Assembly: GCA_021817945.1 (NCBI GenBank)
Contig: JAKAFL010000003.1
Span: 33,664-97,663 of the forward strand
DNA from: a bacterium
GTDB taxonomy: Bacteria > Verrucomicrobiota > Verrucomicrobiia > Limisphaerales > UBA11358
Length of the DNA stretch: 64,000 nt
Direction: 5' to 3'
Positions 1-11,464 of this stretch are shown piece by piece. How positions within the stretch are numbered: the stretch's first letter is position 1; each line of letters starts with the position of its first letter. The position numbers and the translations under genes are program-made. Below the pieces are notes generated by a model, which did not search any database, was not told the origin of the DNA, and saw only the letters and a program-made list of their open reading frames with translations.

Positions 1-2869
1 TCAACATTCCACCGCCAAAAGTCCCGCCGTTGGGCAGGGTCCCGTTCCAGACGGGTCCGCCCACCAAATCCGTCACGGTATTCCCGGAGAGCTGGTTGAA
101 ACTGTAGCGATGCGCCAATGTCACGGGAAGGTATGTCACCTGCACCGCCTGTGTTGCCGAAAGGCCCAATGCGGGATAGCTGGCAATGATGTTCGCGGTT
201 CCCGGACCAATCCCCGTTATGATGCCGTTGATGTCCACTGTGGCCACATTGGTGTTGGACGAGGTCCAAGTGAGGGCGTGGTTGGTATTGGACGTAAGGT
301 CCACCCAACTGCCGGACATGTCACCAAGGACCGTTGAGGCGATTGTCTGGCCGGTGGTGATACCCGGGGAAAATTGAATGGATAGATTGGTGTAGTTTTG
401 AATTCCACCCGCATCCAAGCGCAGGATGGAAAGTGAATTGGCAGGAAGCATTACCGTGAAGTTGGTTCCCGAATTGGGAATCATATTCGTCACGGGAAAC
501 ACATGGGTGGCATTGGCAAAGGAATTTTCATCTGCCGCGCTTCCCGAGGTTAACTGGATCATTGAGGCATTGGGGGAGACAGACGCCACGCCATTCAATT
601 GAAAAGTGGTTTCCATGGGGTTGTTGTAGGGATTCACGGCCTTGACAATAATCTGACCTGAATCATGGGAGTAGGTGGAGGAAACCAGCAACCCCCCGGA
701 GGGATTTGGCAGGGTCACGTCCTGCACCAGGTTGGTGGCCGCCTGTACCTCATTGGTTCCCAGGTAACATTTCGACTCCAGTCCGTTGACCTCAATTTTA
801 ATGTAGTACCATGTGTTGGCAGCAATATATTGCGGCGTCTGCGCATAGGTTGTCTTGCTGCCGCCCACCATCTGTTCAATGCCATCCTGGGTGTTGCCCC
901 ACCCTCCAATATTCCACCAAGTCCAGTCATAATCATCCAGCACGTTGAAAAGAACCAGAAACCCCTCATTCCCGCCTGTTTTCATGGCCTGGAGCGTGAC
1001 CGTGTAGTTCGCCCAGTTTGTGCTGGCCTGGTTAGTGTAGGTCGTGTAACAGTCCGTGGTGATCGCGCTTTGCTGATAAGCGCCTCCAGCCACACTCCAC
1101 GCTCCGTTAAAAACGCTCCAATCCAACGCGCCCTGCTGCGCAAAATCACTCTGGTACAAGGTCACGCCGTTGCTGGTCACCACCACGTTCGTGTATTCCA
1201 CCGAGGTGTTCCAGGATCCCAGCCCGATACTCCCGTGCGTTGTGGCCACAACATTGCTCACCACATCCACCGTGGAGGGCAAAACCGTGTCCCCCCGGTT
1301 TCGCGAAAACATCTGCTGAACATAATAGGAAGGGGTGCCGAAAACCTGTGAATCATTATAATAGATCAAATCCGGATGCCATTGCAGTCCGTTGACGTTG
1401 CCAAACAGGGGCGCATAGGATGCCATCCGCACAATGTCCGAATTGCGCTCGATTCCAGTCATGAACGAGGCCTCACCCAGCGCTGCGGACAAATTGCCGT
1501 AGGTGCCGTAACCCGACGTCACCGCATACTCGCCCACAAACACTTTGGGACCGCTGCGGCTGTAATGATCATACATGGTGGCATAGGAAATGAAGGTTGC
1601 CGGACTTTCGTAATAGTGCTGGTCCTCATATTCGACCGGTGTGGCGGTGGGTATTCCGCCCCAATTGGGCACGATCAAATGCATGGAGGGGTAATTGGAT
1701 TTGATGGCGCTGTAAAACAGGGCGTAACGATCGTTGTAATAAGTCCCGCCATTTTCATTCCCGATCTCCAGGTACTGCATGTTATAGGGATTGGGATGCC
1801 CGTTGGCGGCGCGGACTGCGCCCCAGGTGGTGTTGGTGTCGCCGGTTGCATATTGGATCAAATCCAGCGCATCCTGCACCCACGGCCCCATTTGATCAAG
1901 CGGGACCGTGTTGTTGGTGGATCCATTGAAACCCAAGGCAAGGCCTGCGTTGATGTCATAATGCAGTTCCATTCCCATGTCTTCGCACTGTCGGAAGGCC
2001 TCATCCAAGCCATAACCATCCGTGGACCAGTATCCCCACGCATCATTGTTGTGCCCGGGCCGCTGCGAGATGTCACCAATGGTTTTTTTCCAACGCACAG
2101 AATTCGTGAGGTTATTGGCCTCGATAAAGTTACCGCCGGGGTAGCGAAGAAAGGATGGCTTCAATCCCACCAGCATGCCGGCCAGGTCAGCCCGCAGGCC
2201 GTTCGTGCGGTTGTTGAAGGTGGCGGCGGGGAAAAGGGAAACGATGTCCACCCAAACCGTACCCGGGGCGTTGAGGCTCAAGACAAGTTGCGCGTTGGTA
2301 TCCGTGGCGCTGGAAACCAATGACGCAGAGTATTTCTGCCAGGACCCGGTCAACTGGCCAAACGATGCCTGAGCGTAAACGGTGGTGCCGCTGGAGTTCT
2401 CCAACTGCGCTACGATCGGACCTGTAAACCCATTGGAGCTCATGGCATAAAAACTCAAGTTGTATGACGCCCCTGCCTGCACGTTCATCCCCCAATAACC
2501 GTTATTGGCCGCCCCAACACTGCCAGCACCGGATGTCATGGTCAGCTTCAGCGAGTTGGGCATGTTCGTATTCAACGGCTGGGTGGCATCCACGGCCATG
2601 GCGCCCACAGCCGACCCCTGGGTGACAAAAGTCCAATAGTCCGCGTTGGCGGCATCATAAAAGGAGCGATTCCGAACCATTTCGGCGTAAAGCCCGCCAT
2701 CGCCGGCAAAATTAATTTCCTCAAAAAAAATGCCGAACAAATTTGAACTGACCAAGGCTCCGGGTTGATTGACTTGAATGGTGACATCGGCCGCTGTCTG
2801 GCCCCGAAGCGCCGACCCGGCCAGAATTTCCAAACCAACAAGGATTAATAACAATGGATTGAGCTTCAT
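1..2869 (-). CDS. Glycoside hydrolase family 51 alpha-L-arabinofuranosidase with extra lectin-like, Big_2 and LamG-like C-terminal domains. The C-terminus is cut by the window edge.
   Basis: I translated the minus strand by hand from the ATG at 2869 (plus-strand 'cat' at 2867-2869). It reads MKLNPLLLILVGLEILAGSALRGQTAADVTIQVNQPG...FGIFFEEINFAGDGGLYAEMVRNRSF...RYPGGNF...YLEIGNENGG...GEYAVTS, and stays open to position 1. The GNE motif lies in the same frame (ATG of 'MQYLEIGNE' at 1780; 1780 and 2869 are both 1 mod 3). It is absent from the ORF track, presumably because no stop codon lies inside the window. Confidence 0.85.
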   Translation of the reverse strand, partial: MKLNPLLLILVGLEILAGSALRGQTAADVTIQVNQPGALVSSNLFGIFFEEINFAGDGGLYAEMVRNRSFYDAANADYWTFVTQGSAVGAMAVDATQPLNTNMPNSLKLTMTSGAGSVGAANNGYWGMNVQAGASYNLSFYAMSSNGFTGPIVAQLENSSGTTVYAQASFGQLTGSWQKYSASLVSSATDTNAQLVLSLNAPGTVWVDIVSLFPAATFNNRTNGLRADLAGMLVGLKPSFLRYPGGNFIEANNLTNSVRWKKTIGDISQRPGHNNDAWGYWSTDGYGLDEAFRQCEDMGMELHYDINAGLALGFNGSTNNTVPLDQMGPWVQDALDLIQYATGDTNTTWGAVRAANGHPNPYNMQYLEIGNENGGTYYNDRYALFYSAIKSNYPSMHLIVPNWGGIPTATPVEYEDQHYYESPATFISYATMYDHYSRSGPKVFVGEYAVTSGYGTYGNLSAALGEASFMTGIERNSDIVRMASYAPLFGNVNGLQWHPDLIYYNDSQVFGTPSYYVQQMFSRNRGDTVLPSTVDVVSNVVATTHGSIGLGSWNTSVEYTNVVVTSNGVTLYQSDFAQQGALDWSVFNGAWSVAGGAYQQSAITTDCYTTYTNQASTNWANYTVTLQAMKTGGNEGFLVLFNVLDDYDWTWWNIGGWGNTQDGIEQMVGGSKTTYAQTPQYIAANTWYYIKIEVNGLESKCYLGTNEVQAATNLVQDVTLPNPSGGLLVSSTYSHDSGQIIVKAVNPYNNPMETTFQLNGVASVSPNASMIQLTSGSAADENSFANATHVFPVTNMIPNSGTNFTVMLPANSLSILRLDAGGIQNYTNLSIQFSPGITTGQTIASTVLGDMSGSWVDLTSNTNHALTWTSSNTNVATVDINGIITGIGPGTANIIASYPALGLSATQAVQVTYLPVTLAHRYSFNQLSGNTVTDLVGGPVWNGTLPNGGTFGGGML

Positions 2870-3118
2870 ATTTAATTCGACTTCGCCATGATGCGCGCCG
2901 ATTCGAGGTACGCTTCACATCTGGCTCGATGGAAAATCATCACGAGGGCACAGCGCTTAAAGAAAGAATTGAGACGGCAAGCCCCAAACACCCCCTTTAC
3001 TCCTGCCGGGATATTTACACCAGGCGAGCCTCATGTCGTGAACGTAGCGGTTTATAAATCCAACACACCAAACTGCTTTTGCCTGGGCAACGCCCGGATT
3101 TTTACACATTTCATCAAA

Positions 3119-3919
3119 TCACCACCAAAAGTAAACACCTGCCCCGCCGTTTGGATTTGGAGTCGCCCTTACTATGGTGGGATTGTTATAATTAAACTTT
3201 TGCCAGGCCACATGATTGTCCAAGTAGGTCAAGTTGCCCCCGGCAGGAAGCAGCCCATTCAGATGGGCGGTCTTATGAATAAAGGGCGTGCCATCAGGAT
3301 TCTGAGCGCCACCTGTGATATGGTTCCAAACATCACCTCCGAGATTGGCGCCTGCTTTCTGGGAAATGATGGCACAGGAAAGCACGGGGGTGTCGGTGGG
3401 GATTCGGCCTGGTTGAAGAAAAGACGTGATCATGTTGGTGGAATAGGGAGCCGAAATCTGGGCAAAGGTGTCAGGATAGGCGGCTGCGTAACCGGTCACA
3501 TGAATCAACGGGTTGCCCGCAAAATTCCAGATCAGGTTGTTATCCTGGTCTGAAAACGAGGGATCATACATGATATTGCGCTGGCTGCCGTTTTGGGTGA
3601 GGTTGGTGACAGTGTTATTCGGCACGTCCCAAGGCCAAACTGCAGGTGTGTTTGGCGAACCCGGAAGGCCGCTCGTCACCACCCCGGGCAGTTTGTCATT
3701 GAAATCATTGGCATAAATCCTCAGGGCCATGCCGTACTGCCGCAGATTGCTGGCGCAGGATATTCGTTTGGCTCGTTCCTTGGCGCTGGTCAAAGCCGGC
3801 AGCAAAAGAGCCGCGAGAATGGCGATGATGGCAATCACCACCAACAACTCAATGAGGGTGAACGCTCCGTGGCATTGGATTTCCTTCTTTGCTTTATTTT
3901 TAAAAACTCCCGATTTCAT
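3119..3919 (-). CDS. Prepilin-type N-terminal cleavage/methylation domain protein (DUF1559 / H-X9-DG-like pseudopilin)
   Basis: The N-terminus ...[28 protein letters not shown] is the canonical type IV pilin-like leader and hydrophobic helix. The C-terminal region [16 protein letters not shown] resembles the H-X9-DG tail. Confidence 0.85.
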   Translation of the reverse strand: MKSGVFKNKAKKEIQCHGAFTLIELLVVIAIIAILAALLLPALTSAKERAKRISCASNLRQYGMALRIYANDFNDKLPGVVTSGLPGSPNTPAVWPWDVPNNTVTNLTQNGSQRNIMYDPSFSDQDNNLIWNFAGNPLIHVTGYAAAYPDTFAQISAPYSTNMITSFLQPGRIPTDTPVLSCAIISQKAGANLGGDVWNHITGGAQNPDGTPFIHKTAHLNGLLPAGGNLTYLDNHVAWQKFNYNNPTIVRATPNPNGGAGVYFWW

Positions 3920-3930
3920 ATTTTTTTGCT

Positions 3931-3974
3931 CCAGCCAGCCCGCGCCCCGTACGCGTGGAGCAGCGGGCTGGCTG
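3931..3974 (-). other. Intergenic hairpin with a 12-bp perfect stem, between the giant gene stop and the pseudopilin start
   Basis: cagccagcccgc (3932-3943) pairs perfectly with gcgggctggctg (3963-3974) around a 19-nt loop. No T-run follows on the minus strand, so this is not a canonical intrinsic terminator. Confidence 0.35.
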
Positions 3975-3992
3975 AATTTTCCTGACAGCCGA

Positions 3993-6900
3993 TTATGGAT
4001 GCCGCAGGCGATAGAACACCGTCGGCGACAGTTTGTTGATGGTGATGTTGGTGGATGTCATGCCGGAAGTTCCGGCCACATCAACCCAGCCATTGGTCCG
4101 AATGCCCACACTCAAGGCATTTGTCTCCGATTGCAGAATCCAGCCAAGATAATTGGCAGGCCATGAGATGGTCAAAACCCCGGCGCTGACACTGTAGGAG
4201 AGGCTGGTCGGGTTGGATGGCACCCCGGACGACACCAGCAAACTGCCTGACCCTGTGATGTAGGGCGCAGCATTCACGCTGTTGTAAACCCCGGGCGGTT
4301 GGTTGACCCCGTTCAAGACCAGGCCTCCAACCGTGTTTGTGGTGGCAAAGCCCAATTGCAGGGCCGCTCCGCTGGCCACAGTCACCACCGAGTTACTGGC
4401 CAGAGTTGGCAAGGAGAGCGCCAAAGTGCCTGCGCTGACCGTGGTGTTGCCAGAATAGGTGTTCAAACCGGAAAGTGTCAGCGTGCCTGTGCCAACCGAG
4501 GTCAAACCGCCGCCGGTGTTGGGCGTGACAGGCGCTCCAGTGATGGTGGCGGCAACCGTTGCTCCGCCACCGCTGACCACAAAGATGGGCGTGGCCGAGT
4601 AGTTGACTCCGGGGCAGGTCATGATGACATTGGTCACCGCTCCAGTCACGGGATTGATTTGCGCGATGGCGGTTGCGCCTGATCCATTGGTGTCACCAGC
4701 CGCATTGGTGATGGTGATCACAGGAGGAGCGATGTAACCAGACCCGCCGGACAGGGTAAGGATGCCGTGCTCACCATTGCCGGTGGGTGCCAGCAAGGGC
4801 TGGGTGACCGTTACGGAGTTGCCATTGTTATCTATGGTTGCCCCACCGCTGTATATGTAGGCGCTGTTTAAACCACCCAAAAACGCGGCGTTTGCAGAGG
4901 CTGCCTGAAGGGTGCCGCCATTGAAGTTCACCGTTCCAGCCCCCCCCACGGCAGTGCCTTCTAGCAGACCGCCATTCAGGTTCAAAATGCCGGTGTCCAG
5001 GCTTCTGAAATAAACACCCTGGTTGGTGCTTGTAATGCTGCCTCCCATTACATTGATAATGGAAGTCTGGCCTGTACCCGATAATTGCCAGTTGCAAGCC
5101 AGGCCCCCACCGGAATATGTAAGCAATCCACTGTACATATTGAGAATGCCGTTTTCAGGCAAGCCGCCACGAGCCAAAACTATCCAGCCAATGTTATTGA
5201 TTGTGGCTCCATGCACCTCAAATATCCCGTCTCCGCTTCCCTGAGGCGGCCAGACATTCGGATTGCTTTCACCACCAATCGAAATGCCATTCAGGTTGAG
5301 AACCCCGCCAATGGCGTCAAAGTATCCATAGCTTCCTGTCACATTGCCGACATTCAATAGATCACCTGTTCCGTTGGTCAGCGATATCGAACCTCCTGTC
5401 TGGTAAACGGCGGCAACCGCGCCGCTGGCATTCCCCACAAACAGGTTGGCAGCACCCAATGAGCCAGCCAAGTCAACCACCGCATTCCCAGCAGCGCTTC
5501 CCACCGTCGCCGCGCTGGGATTGATGGAGCCTGTCAAATTTAAAGTTCCGCCAGCCACCATGGCCGGACCTGTGAAGGTATTGTTTCCAGACAATGTCAC
5601 GACGTGGCTGCCAGTTATGGTCAACCCCCCACCATTGTCCGAAATAACGCCTCCAAGATTGATGTCCCCACTCGAAGCATTAATCGTTTGAGCCGAGGCC
5701 ATCGTTATGGGCACATTAACTATTTGAGCATTCGGAGAATTGTTGACGATGCCACCTGCTGCCAGAGTCAAGGTGCTTTGGTTGGCAGAGCCAATTGTGA
5801 AGGCACCAGCGGTGGGGCCAAACACCAGGCCGCCCACGCTATAGTTCGTGTCCATGTTCGGAGCAAGCCCTGTGGTGCCCGCAAAAACAAGGGTGTCGCC
5901 GCTGAAACCGGGGGCGTATCCGCTGGTCCAATCAGCATTCGCACTCCAATCCTGGCTGGCAGCCGCACCTGCCCAGGTTTCGGTCGAACTATTGATTGTC
6001 AATGGCACAATAGCCGCCCCTGTCTGTGAGGCGCTGTCTGTCACGGTGACCGTCACACTGGAATTGCCCGTGGCGGCCGTGGGGGGAATTACGAACGAAT
6101 TGGTGTAAATGTTGCTCAAATTGGATTGAACCAAGGTGACAATGGATCCGCCAAGCGAACTGAGGTTCACCGTCACAGAACTGATGGATGCGCTTCCAGG
6201 AACCACACTCGCTGTAAGGACGGTCGGCTGGTTCCGCAGCACAGTGGAGGGATTTACTGTTGCGGTGATTGTTGGAGCCGCAGCGGCTGCATTGTAGTGC
6301 AATGTCACCGTGTTGCCACTGGTGACCACCGTGTAGTGGCCTGCGTTCGTGGGGGCCAAATCCCAGTTGGGCGCGGCGGCGAAACTCCCCACAATGGGAT
6401 TCAGCGAGGTGATGAGAACATAATCAGCCGTTGTATCCAAACCGGTATTGGCGCTGGGGGCCTTGAGCCGGAATGAATTCCCGTTCGCGGTCAAGGTGCC
6501 GTTCACCACAATCTGGCTGTTGGCCCCATTATAGGTTGAACCCAAAGCCAGGTCGCAGGTGGCTCCGCCAACCAGTGTCAGGTTGTTGTTGAATGTGTTG
6601 GTGCCGTAAGCAGCGGTGTCATAATCGCCGCCACAAATCCTGGAACCCCCGGAGGTGTTCACCGAACCATTGACATTGCCGAATCCGGACAACTCCTGGC
6701 TGCCCAGCGTATAGCTGACACTGGACACATCCAGTATGCTTCCACTGTCCACGATGATATTGGTGGAAAGAAGGGATCCCGCCAAAGCCAGGGTTGTGTT
6801 GCTCACAATGGTGCTGCCCGTGTAGGTGCAGGCATTGGAAATGGTCGTGGCCACCCCGCTGAATCCCGTGAAGGTCAACCCGCCGCTCACGTTGGTTGCA

Positions 6901-9900
6901 AGGGTCGAGCTGGTGACGGCAGCAGGAGTCACCGCGCCGCCTCCCGAAAAGGTGAATACAGGGGGCACTGTGTAGTTCTGTCCAGGGCAGGTGACAATGA
7001 TATTTGTGACCATGCCTGTTAAAGGATCAACCTGGGCCATTGCCGTGGCACCATGTCCCGTGGTATCCCCGGCCCCGGGGGTGATTATCACAATCGGTGG
7101 CGCAATATACCCCGCACCACCAGTGAAAGCGGTCACCTTGGACAAGCCCATGCCAGCAGGCGCCAGCAGCGGTTGGTTGATGGAGATTGGATATCCATTG
7201 TTGTCAATAATGCCGCCGCCGCTGTACACCGTGGCTGTTGTCACGTGAAGGAACGACAGGGTGTTGACCTGCGACTGAAGATCACCGCCGTTGAAATTAA
7301 CCTGGCCGAAGGTGCCTCCAAAATTACCGCTCACGGCATCCACGCTGGCAAGCCCGCCATCCAGGTTCAAAATGCCCGTATTGCCAGCGCTGCCCAGTTC
7401 GATATTGGCAGTGGAGCTGGTAAGCAAGCCGCCAAGAACATTGATCATGGCGGTCTGCCCGGAACCCCAGTTGCAGACCATGCCGCCACCGGCAAAACTC
7501 AGTGAACCGTTCAGCACATTCACCTCACCCATTTGAGCGTTGGAGTTGCGCGAGATCACAAACCAACCCGAGCAGGTGACACTGCCGCCATTGATGTCCA
7601 TGATTCCGTTGCCGGCAGGGCTGCCAAAGCTCGAAACGTATCCGCTGCTATCCTCCCCCGCCACCGCGATCCCACTGATCGTCGTACTGCCTCCAGCGGC
7701 ATCGTAATAACCGTATGAACCTGAAATATTGCCAATGGCAAGATCGTCGTATGCTCCGGCATGAATATCGGAAACCGTTCCACCCATTTGGTAGAATGCC
7801 GCAACGGAATTGGAGAGGTTGCCAATCAGGAAATTTGTGGCCGTGATTGAGCCGGAGGGGGAAATCTCCATAATTCCAGAGTTCACCCTGACCACACCGG
7901 TCAAGGCCGCAGAGCCTGCCAAAACCAGCGGGCTGCTGCCTGACTTGGTCAAACCACCGCCTGCGTCAGCCAAGGCCATGCTCAGGGTTTGTGCATTGGC
8001 CGATTGGTTGGAAATCAATCCAGCGCCGCTCAGAGTCAGGGTGCTGGCGGACGAAATATTGAACGCCCCGGCCCCGCTGTCAAAAAGAAGCCCGGTGACG
8101 GTGTAGGCATTGTCCATGACAGGCGCGAGACCGGCGCTGCCACCAAATTCGAGACTGTCTCCGACATAGCCGGGAGCCAGTTTGTTTGTCCAATTCAACC
8201 CATCAGAAAAGTTCAGGCTGTTGACTGCGTCGGTGCCATTCCATACATCATTGCCAGTCACCACGGCCAACGGGATGTTGGCTATCCCTGTCAGCGATGC
8301 CGTGTCCGTGACGGTGGCCACCAAAGTATAGCTGCCTGCCAGGGTGGCAGGCGCGACCGCGACGGAATTGGTCCAAACGCTCACGCTGCCATTCACACTG
8401 GCCTCTGTGAGGGCCAAAGCGGAAGCTCCGCCGACCGAGCTGGCGTTAACCGTTACTCCGCTCACTGTGCCACCGGTGCCATTGGTCGCCGTCACCGAGA
8501 TCAACACCGATTGGTTGCGCAAGGCTGGATTGGCAGCGGCAACGCCACCGGCGGACGGCGATGTGAATGCCGCGTAATGCAGCGTCACAGTATTCGCTGA
8601 GGTGACAATCGAGTAATGACCGGAATTGGCCGGAGCCACAATCCAGTTCGGCGACGCAGCGAAAGTCCCAGAGATGGGGGTCGGAGAAGTCATCAGCACA
8701 TAATCCGCGCTGGCATCCAGATTCACTGAAGTGCTCGGGGCGGAGAGGTTTATAATGTTCCCATTGGCGCTCAAGGTGCCACCAACACTGATGAGATCGT
8801 TGGTGCCATTATGCACGGTTCCAACATTCAGAAAAACCGCGGAGCCGGTGGAAAGGGTCAGGTTGCCGGTGATTTTATTCGTGCCGTAACCGCTTCCTGT
8901 GTTGGCATAAATCCCCGAACTGCCGCCGGTGGTGATGGATCCGATGACCGTTCCGCCATTCAATAAATTCTGGAAAGTTCCCAAGGTGATGGAGCCAAGC
9001 GCGGAAACATCCAGCGTGGCGCCAGCGGCCACCACCGTGTTGGTGGAACTGGCAAAATTACCCTGAAGGACCAGATCACCACCATTTACAACGGTGCTGC
9101 CGGTGTAGGTATTGATCCCTGAAAGTGTCAGAGTTCCTGTTCCTGCCTTGATCAAGCTACCCACGCCAGTGATGATGCCGGATTCGGCCGTGCTGGCATT
9201 ATTGCCACCCACGGTGAAGGCTATGGAATCCGTGCTCACACCATAGGTGTTTTCATTGAAACCATTCAGGATAATATTGCCGCTGCCTTCAATGGTGCCA
9301 ACCGTTGCCGAACCCAGCCCGGTGTTGAACACCAAGGCGCTGTAAACACCTCCCAGAGCGGCATATCTGTGGCCACCCGTGTTGTTGGTGAGGTTCAAAG
9401 TGGCATATTGCAATGCGGTGCTGCCATTGATGGCCAGATAGCTGCCTGCGCCAGTGCCGGTCTGGTAAGGAATGACCGTCACCGTCCCGGAATAGGTATT
9501 CGCATTGTTACCGAACGCCACCACCGAGCTGTTGTAGGCATTGCCCCCTGCATTTCCATAGTAATCAAATTCCCCGGCCTGAGAGGACTGTTCCAAATAA
9601 ATCGGGCCTGAACCGCTTACCAACCCATCAACAAACAACTGCTTGTTGCCCGTCGAGGCACTGCCGCCCCCGTCATAGGAAGAACCGAATGTGGCTCCAA
9701 GACCCAGAATCGAGATGGGTCCGCTGATATGTTGATGACCATCATCTTCCAGAGCCTTGCCACCGTTGAACACAAGGCTATTGGTGCAATAATAATCGCT
9801 ATTAGCATTCGCAGTTCCATCACCCATTTCTAAAATGCCCGCAGAATTCACCGTCACCGTGCCGGTTCCATAATTCCCCTGGTTGCCGGCAGTATTGTCA

Positions 9901-11096
9901 AATATGCCCAGCGCGCCGTTATTGATGTACGTCCCGCCGGTGTACTTGTTGTGGTTTTCCAGCATGGTCAAACCCGGTCCATCTTTGACCAAAACTCCAG
10001 GAGTGGTTCCATTATCCGCGATAATAGGCCAGATTCGCCAGTTGCCCGTGGCTGCATCCGGCGAGTGAATAAACAACTCGCCACTGGCCAGTCCAGACAT
10101 GATTTGAGCCGATCCCACGTTGCCGCCGTTATTATCAAGCAGCCATCGGCTTACACCACGCTGAATGATGCCTCCGGCATTAATGGTCAGGGTCACCCCG
10201 TTGTTGACATTGAAGTCGCCTTGTTGAATCAGCGAATTTATAGCTACATTGTTGGTGATGGTGGTGATTTCGTTGGCTCCATTCAGGGCGCCGCTCACCA
10301 GGTTTTGGCCGGCTATGGATGCCAGGCTCGGTGAACTGGAGGCTGCTGCGGACACCGGCAAATAATTCGTGCAGGTAATGATCGAACCGTTGCTCACGGT
10401 TAGAAAATCGCCGGTGGTGGTGGACGAAACATAATTGCCAGTTGTGGCCCATCCATCAATGATTCCAGCACCGTCATTGGTCAAGGTGGTGGAGGTGATG
10501 CCTGTGGAAGTGAAATCCACACCTGCGCCAGCGTTGCGCGTGACCGTGCCATTGATGGCCAGGGTGCTGCCCGCGCCAGCCTGAACCTGCCGCTGCGCCG
10601 AGGTCAACAGCAATGCATTGCTGACTGTCGTTGTGCCACTTGCCAAAACGCTTCCATCTATCCCACCGGCACCCAAAGTCAAAACACCAGTCCCAAAAAG
10701 TGTATATCCCGCAGTGGTAAATTGAAGGTTGGACGTGGTCAAACTGCTGTTAAGGGTCACCACTCCAGCCACCCCACCAAATATGGCGGAATTGGTGCCG
10801 TACAAGGAATTGTCGGCCCATTTTTCATCGAGTGCGGTCGCCGTATTATACCAATTTGCGGTTGTGTTGAAGTCCCATGTGCCGTTCCCCCCAGACCCGC
10901 CGGTCAAAGCCGGATCCCATGTCAAACTATCCGCAGGCGCTGCGCAAATGCCAACCGCAGCAAAGAGTCCTGTCGTAAGCCATTTGGAGTGTTTTCTAAT
11001 GACCTCATAAAGAGGTCCCTGTGCCTTGATATTGTGGGTTTTCATGGAGGAGTTTGAGGGTGTATCTAACAATTTATTTATAAACAACTTGGACAA
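3993..11096 (-). CDS. Giant secreted or surface protein (2367 aa) with autotransporter-associated beta-strand (PATR-type) repeats
   Basis: The ORF is 2367 aa. Motifs such as GTGTLTLSG(I/L)NTY(T/S)G(S/N)T.V..G.L.L recur, and the composition is G/T/S/N-rich. An N-terminal hydrophobic segment ([17 protein letters not shown]) looks like a signal peptide. The true start may be the internal Met at about 11045. Confidence 0.9.
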   Translation of the reverse strand: MSKLFINKLLDTPSNSSMKTHNIKAQGPLYEVIRKHSKWLTTGLFAAVGICAAPADSLTWDPALTGGSGGNGTWDFNTTANWYNTATALDEKWADNSLYGTNSAIFGGVAGVVTLNSSLTTSNLQFTTAGYTLFGTGVLTLGAGGIDGSVLASGTTTVSNALLLTSAQRQVQAGAGSTLAINGTVTRNAGAGVDFTSTGITSTTLTNDGAGIIDGWATTGNYVSSTTTGDFLTVSNGSIITCTNYLPVSAAASSSPSLASIAGQNLVSGALNGANEITTITNNVAINSLIQQGDFNVNNGVTLTINAGGIIQRGVSRWLLDNNGGNVGSAQIMSGLASGELFIHSPDAATGNWRIWPIIADNGTTPGVLVKDGPGLTMLENHNKYTGGTYINNGALGIFDNTAGNQGNYGTGTVTVNSAGILEMGDGTANANSDYYCTNSLVFNGGKALEDDGHQHISGPISILGLGATFGSSYDGGGSASTGNKQLFVDGLVSGSGPIYLEQSSQAGEFDYYGNAGGNAYNSSVVAFGNNANTYSGTVTVIPYQTGTGAGSYLAINGSTALQYATLNLTNNTGGHRYAALGGVYSALVFNTGLGSATVGTIEGSGNIILNGFNENTYGVSTDSIAFTVGGNNASTAESGIITGVGSLIKAGTGTLTLSGINTYTGSTVVNGGDLVLQGNFASSTNTVVAAGATLDVSALGSITLGTFQNLLNGGTVIGSITTGGSSGIYANTGSGYGTNKITGNLTLSTGSAVFLNVGTVHNGTNDLISVGGTLSANGNIINLSAPSTSVNLDASADYVLMTSPTPISGTFAASPNWIVAPANSGHYSIVTSANTVTLHYAAFTSPSAGGVAAANPALRNQSVLISVTATNGTGGTVSGVTVNASSVGGASALALTEASVNGSVSVWTNSVAVAPATLAGSYTLVATVTDTASLTGIANIPLAVVTGNDVWNGTDAVNSLNFSDGLNWTNKLAPGYVGDSLEFGGSAGLAPVMDNAYTVTGLLFDSGAGAFNISSASTLTLSGAGLISNQSANAQTLSMALADAGGGLTKSGSSPLVLAGSAALTGVVRVNSGIMEISPSGSITATNFLIGNLSNSVAAFYQMGGTVSDIHAGAYDDLAIGNISGSYGYYDAAGGSTTISGIAVAGEDSSGYVSSFGSPAGNGIMDINGGSVTCSGWFVISRNSNAQMGEVNVLNGSLSFAGGGMVCNWGSGQTAMINVLGGLLTSSTANIELGSAGNTGILNLDGGLASVDAVSGNFGGTFGQVNFNGGDLQSQVNTLSFLHVTTATVYSGGGIIDNNGYPISINQPLLAPAGMGLSKVTAFTGGAGYIAPPIVIITPGAGDTTGHGATAMAQVDPLTGMVTNIIVTCPGQNYTVPPVFTFSGGGAVTPAAVTSSTLATNVSGGLTFTGFSGVATTISNACTYTGSTIVSNTTLALAGSLLSTNIIVDSGSILDVSSVSYTLGSQELSGFGNVNGSVNTSGGSRICGGDYDTAAYGTNTFNNNLTLVGGATCDLALGSTYNGANSQIVVNGTLTANGNSFRLKAPSANTGLDTTADYVLITSLNPIVGSFAAAPNWDLAPTNAGHYTVVTSGNTVTLHYNAAAAAPTITATVNPSTVLRNQPTVLTASVVPGSASISSVTVNLSSLGGSIVTLVQSNLSNIYTNSFVIPPTAATGNSSVTVTVTDSASQTGAAIVPLTINSSTETWAGAAASQDWSANADWTSGYAPGFSGDTLVFAGTTGLAPNMDTNYSVGGLVFGPTAGAFTIGSANQSTLTLAAGGIVNNSPNAQIVNVPITMASAQTINASSGDINLGGVISDNGGGLTITGSHVVTLSGNNTFTGPAMVAGGTLNLTGSINPSAATVGSAAGNAVVDLAGSLGAANLFVGNASGAVAAVYQTGGSISLTNGTGDLLNVGNVTGSYGYFDAIGGVLNLNGISIGGESNPNVWPPQGSGDGIFEVHGATINNIGWIVLARGGLPENGILNMYSGLLTYSGGGLACNWQLSGTGQTSIINVMGGSITSTNQGVYFRSLDTGILNLNGGLLEGTAVGGAGTVNFNGGTLQAASANAAFLGGLNSAYIYSGGATIDNNGNSVTVTQPLLAPTGNGEHGILTLSGGSGYIAPPVITITNAAGDTNGSGATAIAQINPVTGAVTNVIMTCPGVNYSATPIFVVSGGGATVAATITGAPVTPNTGGGLTSVGTGTLTLSGLNTYSGNTTVSAGTLALSLPTLASNSVVTVASGAALQLGFATTNTVGGLVLNGVNQPPGVYNSVNAAPYITGSGSLLVSSGVPSNPTSLSYSVSAGVLTISWPANYLGWILQSETNALSVGIRTNGWVDVAGTSGMTSTNITINKLSPTVFYRLRHP
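4490..9165 (-). repeat. Internal tandem duplication of a roughly 2.3 kb (760-790 codon) module inside the giant gene
   Basis: Paired motifs sit at constant offsets. [10 protein letters not shown] (8691-8720) matches [10 protein letters not shown] (6411-6440), offset 2280 nt. [14 protein letters not shown] (7081-7130) matches [14 protein letters not shown] (4711-4760), offset about 2370 nt. The whole intervening protein is colinear but diverged. Confidence 0.75.
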
Positions 11097-11464
11097 TTTT
11101 TCGTCTGACCGCCCATTCTACTGAACCGACTCTCAGGCCTCTTGCATCGGGCAAAAATCCACGCAAAACAGCTCGCGCTGCTTTTGCCTGATAGGGCTTT
11201 CACTTGTAATACGCTTTCCACCCCTGGTTTTCCGCCAAAATTCTTTTGCCGGATTAAAAACAACGCATCCACCTAAAAATAAACATGTTGCAATCTTTTC
11301 AAGCGTGCCATAGTGGATTCCGCCAAGAATAATCGGGAAGTTTTAACCTGTATTTTCTTAACAAAGCTAATTTATTACGCAACCAATCTTGAGAGTCGTG
11401 CCGGCAATGCCCTGCTTAAAGCCTGCCAGGGCGCGTTGTGAAATAAACCGATCCAGACAGGATC

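Noticed and set aside
665-2323. Long plus-strand ORFs (665..1351, 1376..2323) at the left end
   Set aside because: Their translations are R/G/H/V-rich with no motifs. They lie antisense to the well-formed GH51 frame that I translated by hand, so they are shadow ORFs.
4299-11057. Numerous 60-200-aa plus-strand ORFs inside the giant gene (for example 7989..8600 and 7053..7505)
   Set aside because: They are antisense to a continuous 2367-codon frame with clear repeat-protein character. Their composition is typical of shadow frames in G/T/S/N-codon-rich sequence.
11163-11187. Hairpin gcaaaacagc-tcgc-gctgcttttgc between the GH2 stop and the giant gene start as a terminator
   Set aside because: The stem has a bulge, and the T-run on the minus strand is separated from it by 5 nt. 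It also lies only ~70 nt upstream of the giant gene start. The evidence is too weak to call.
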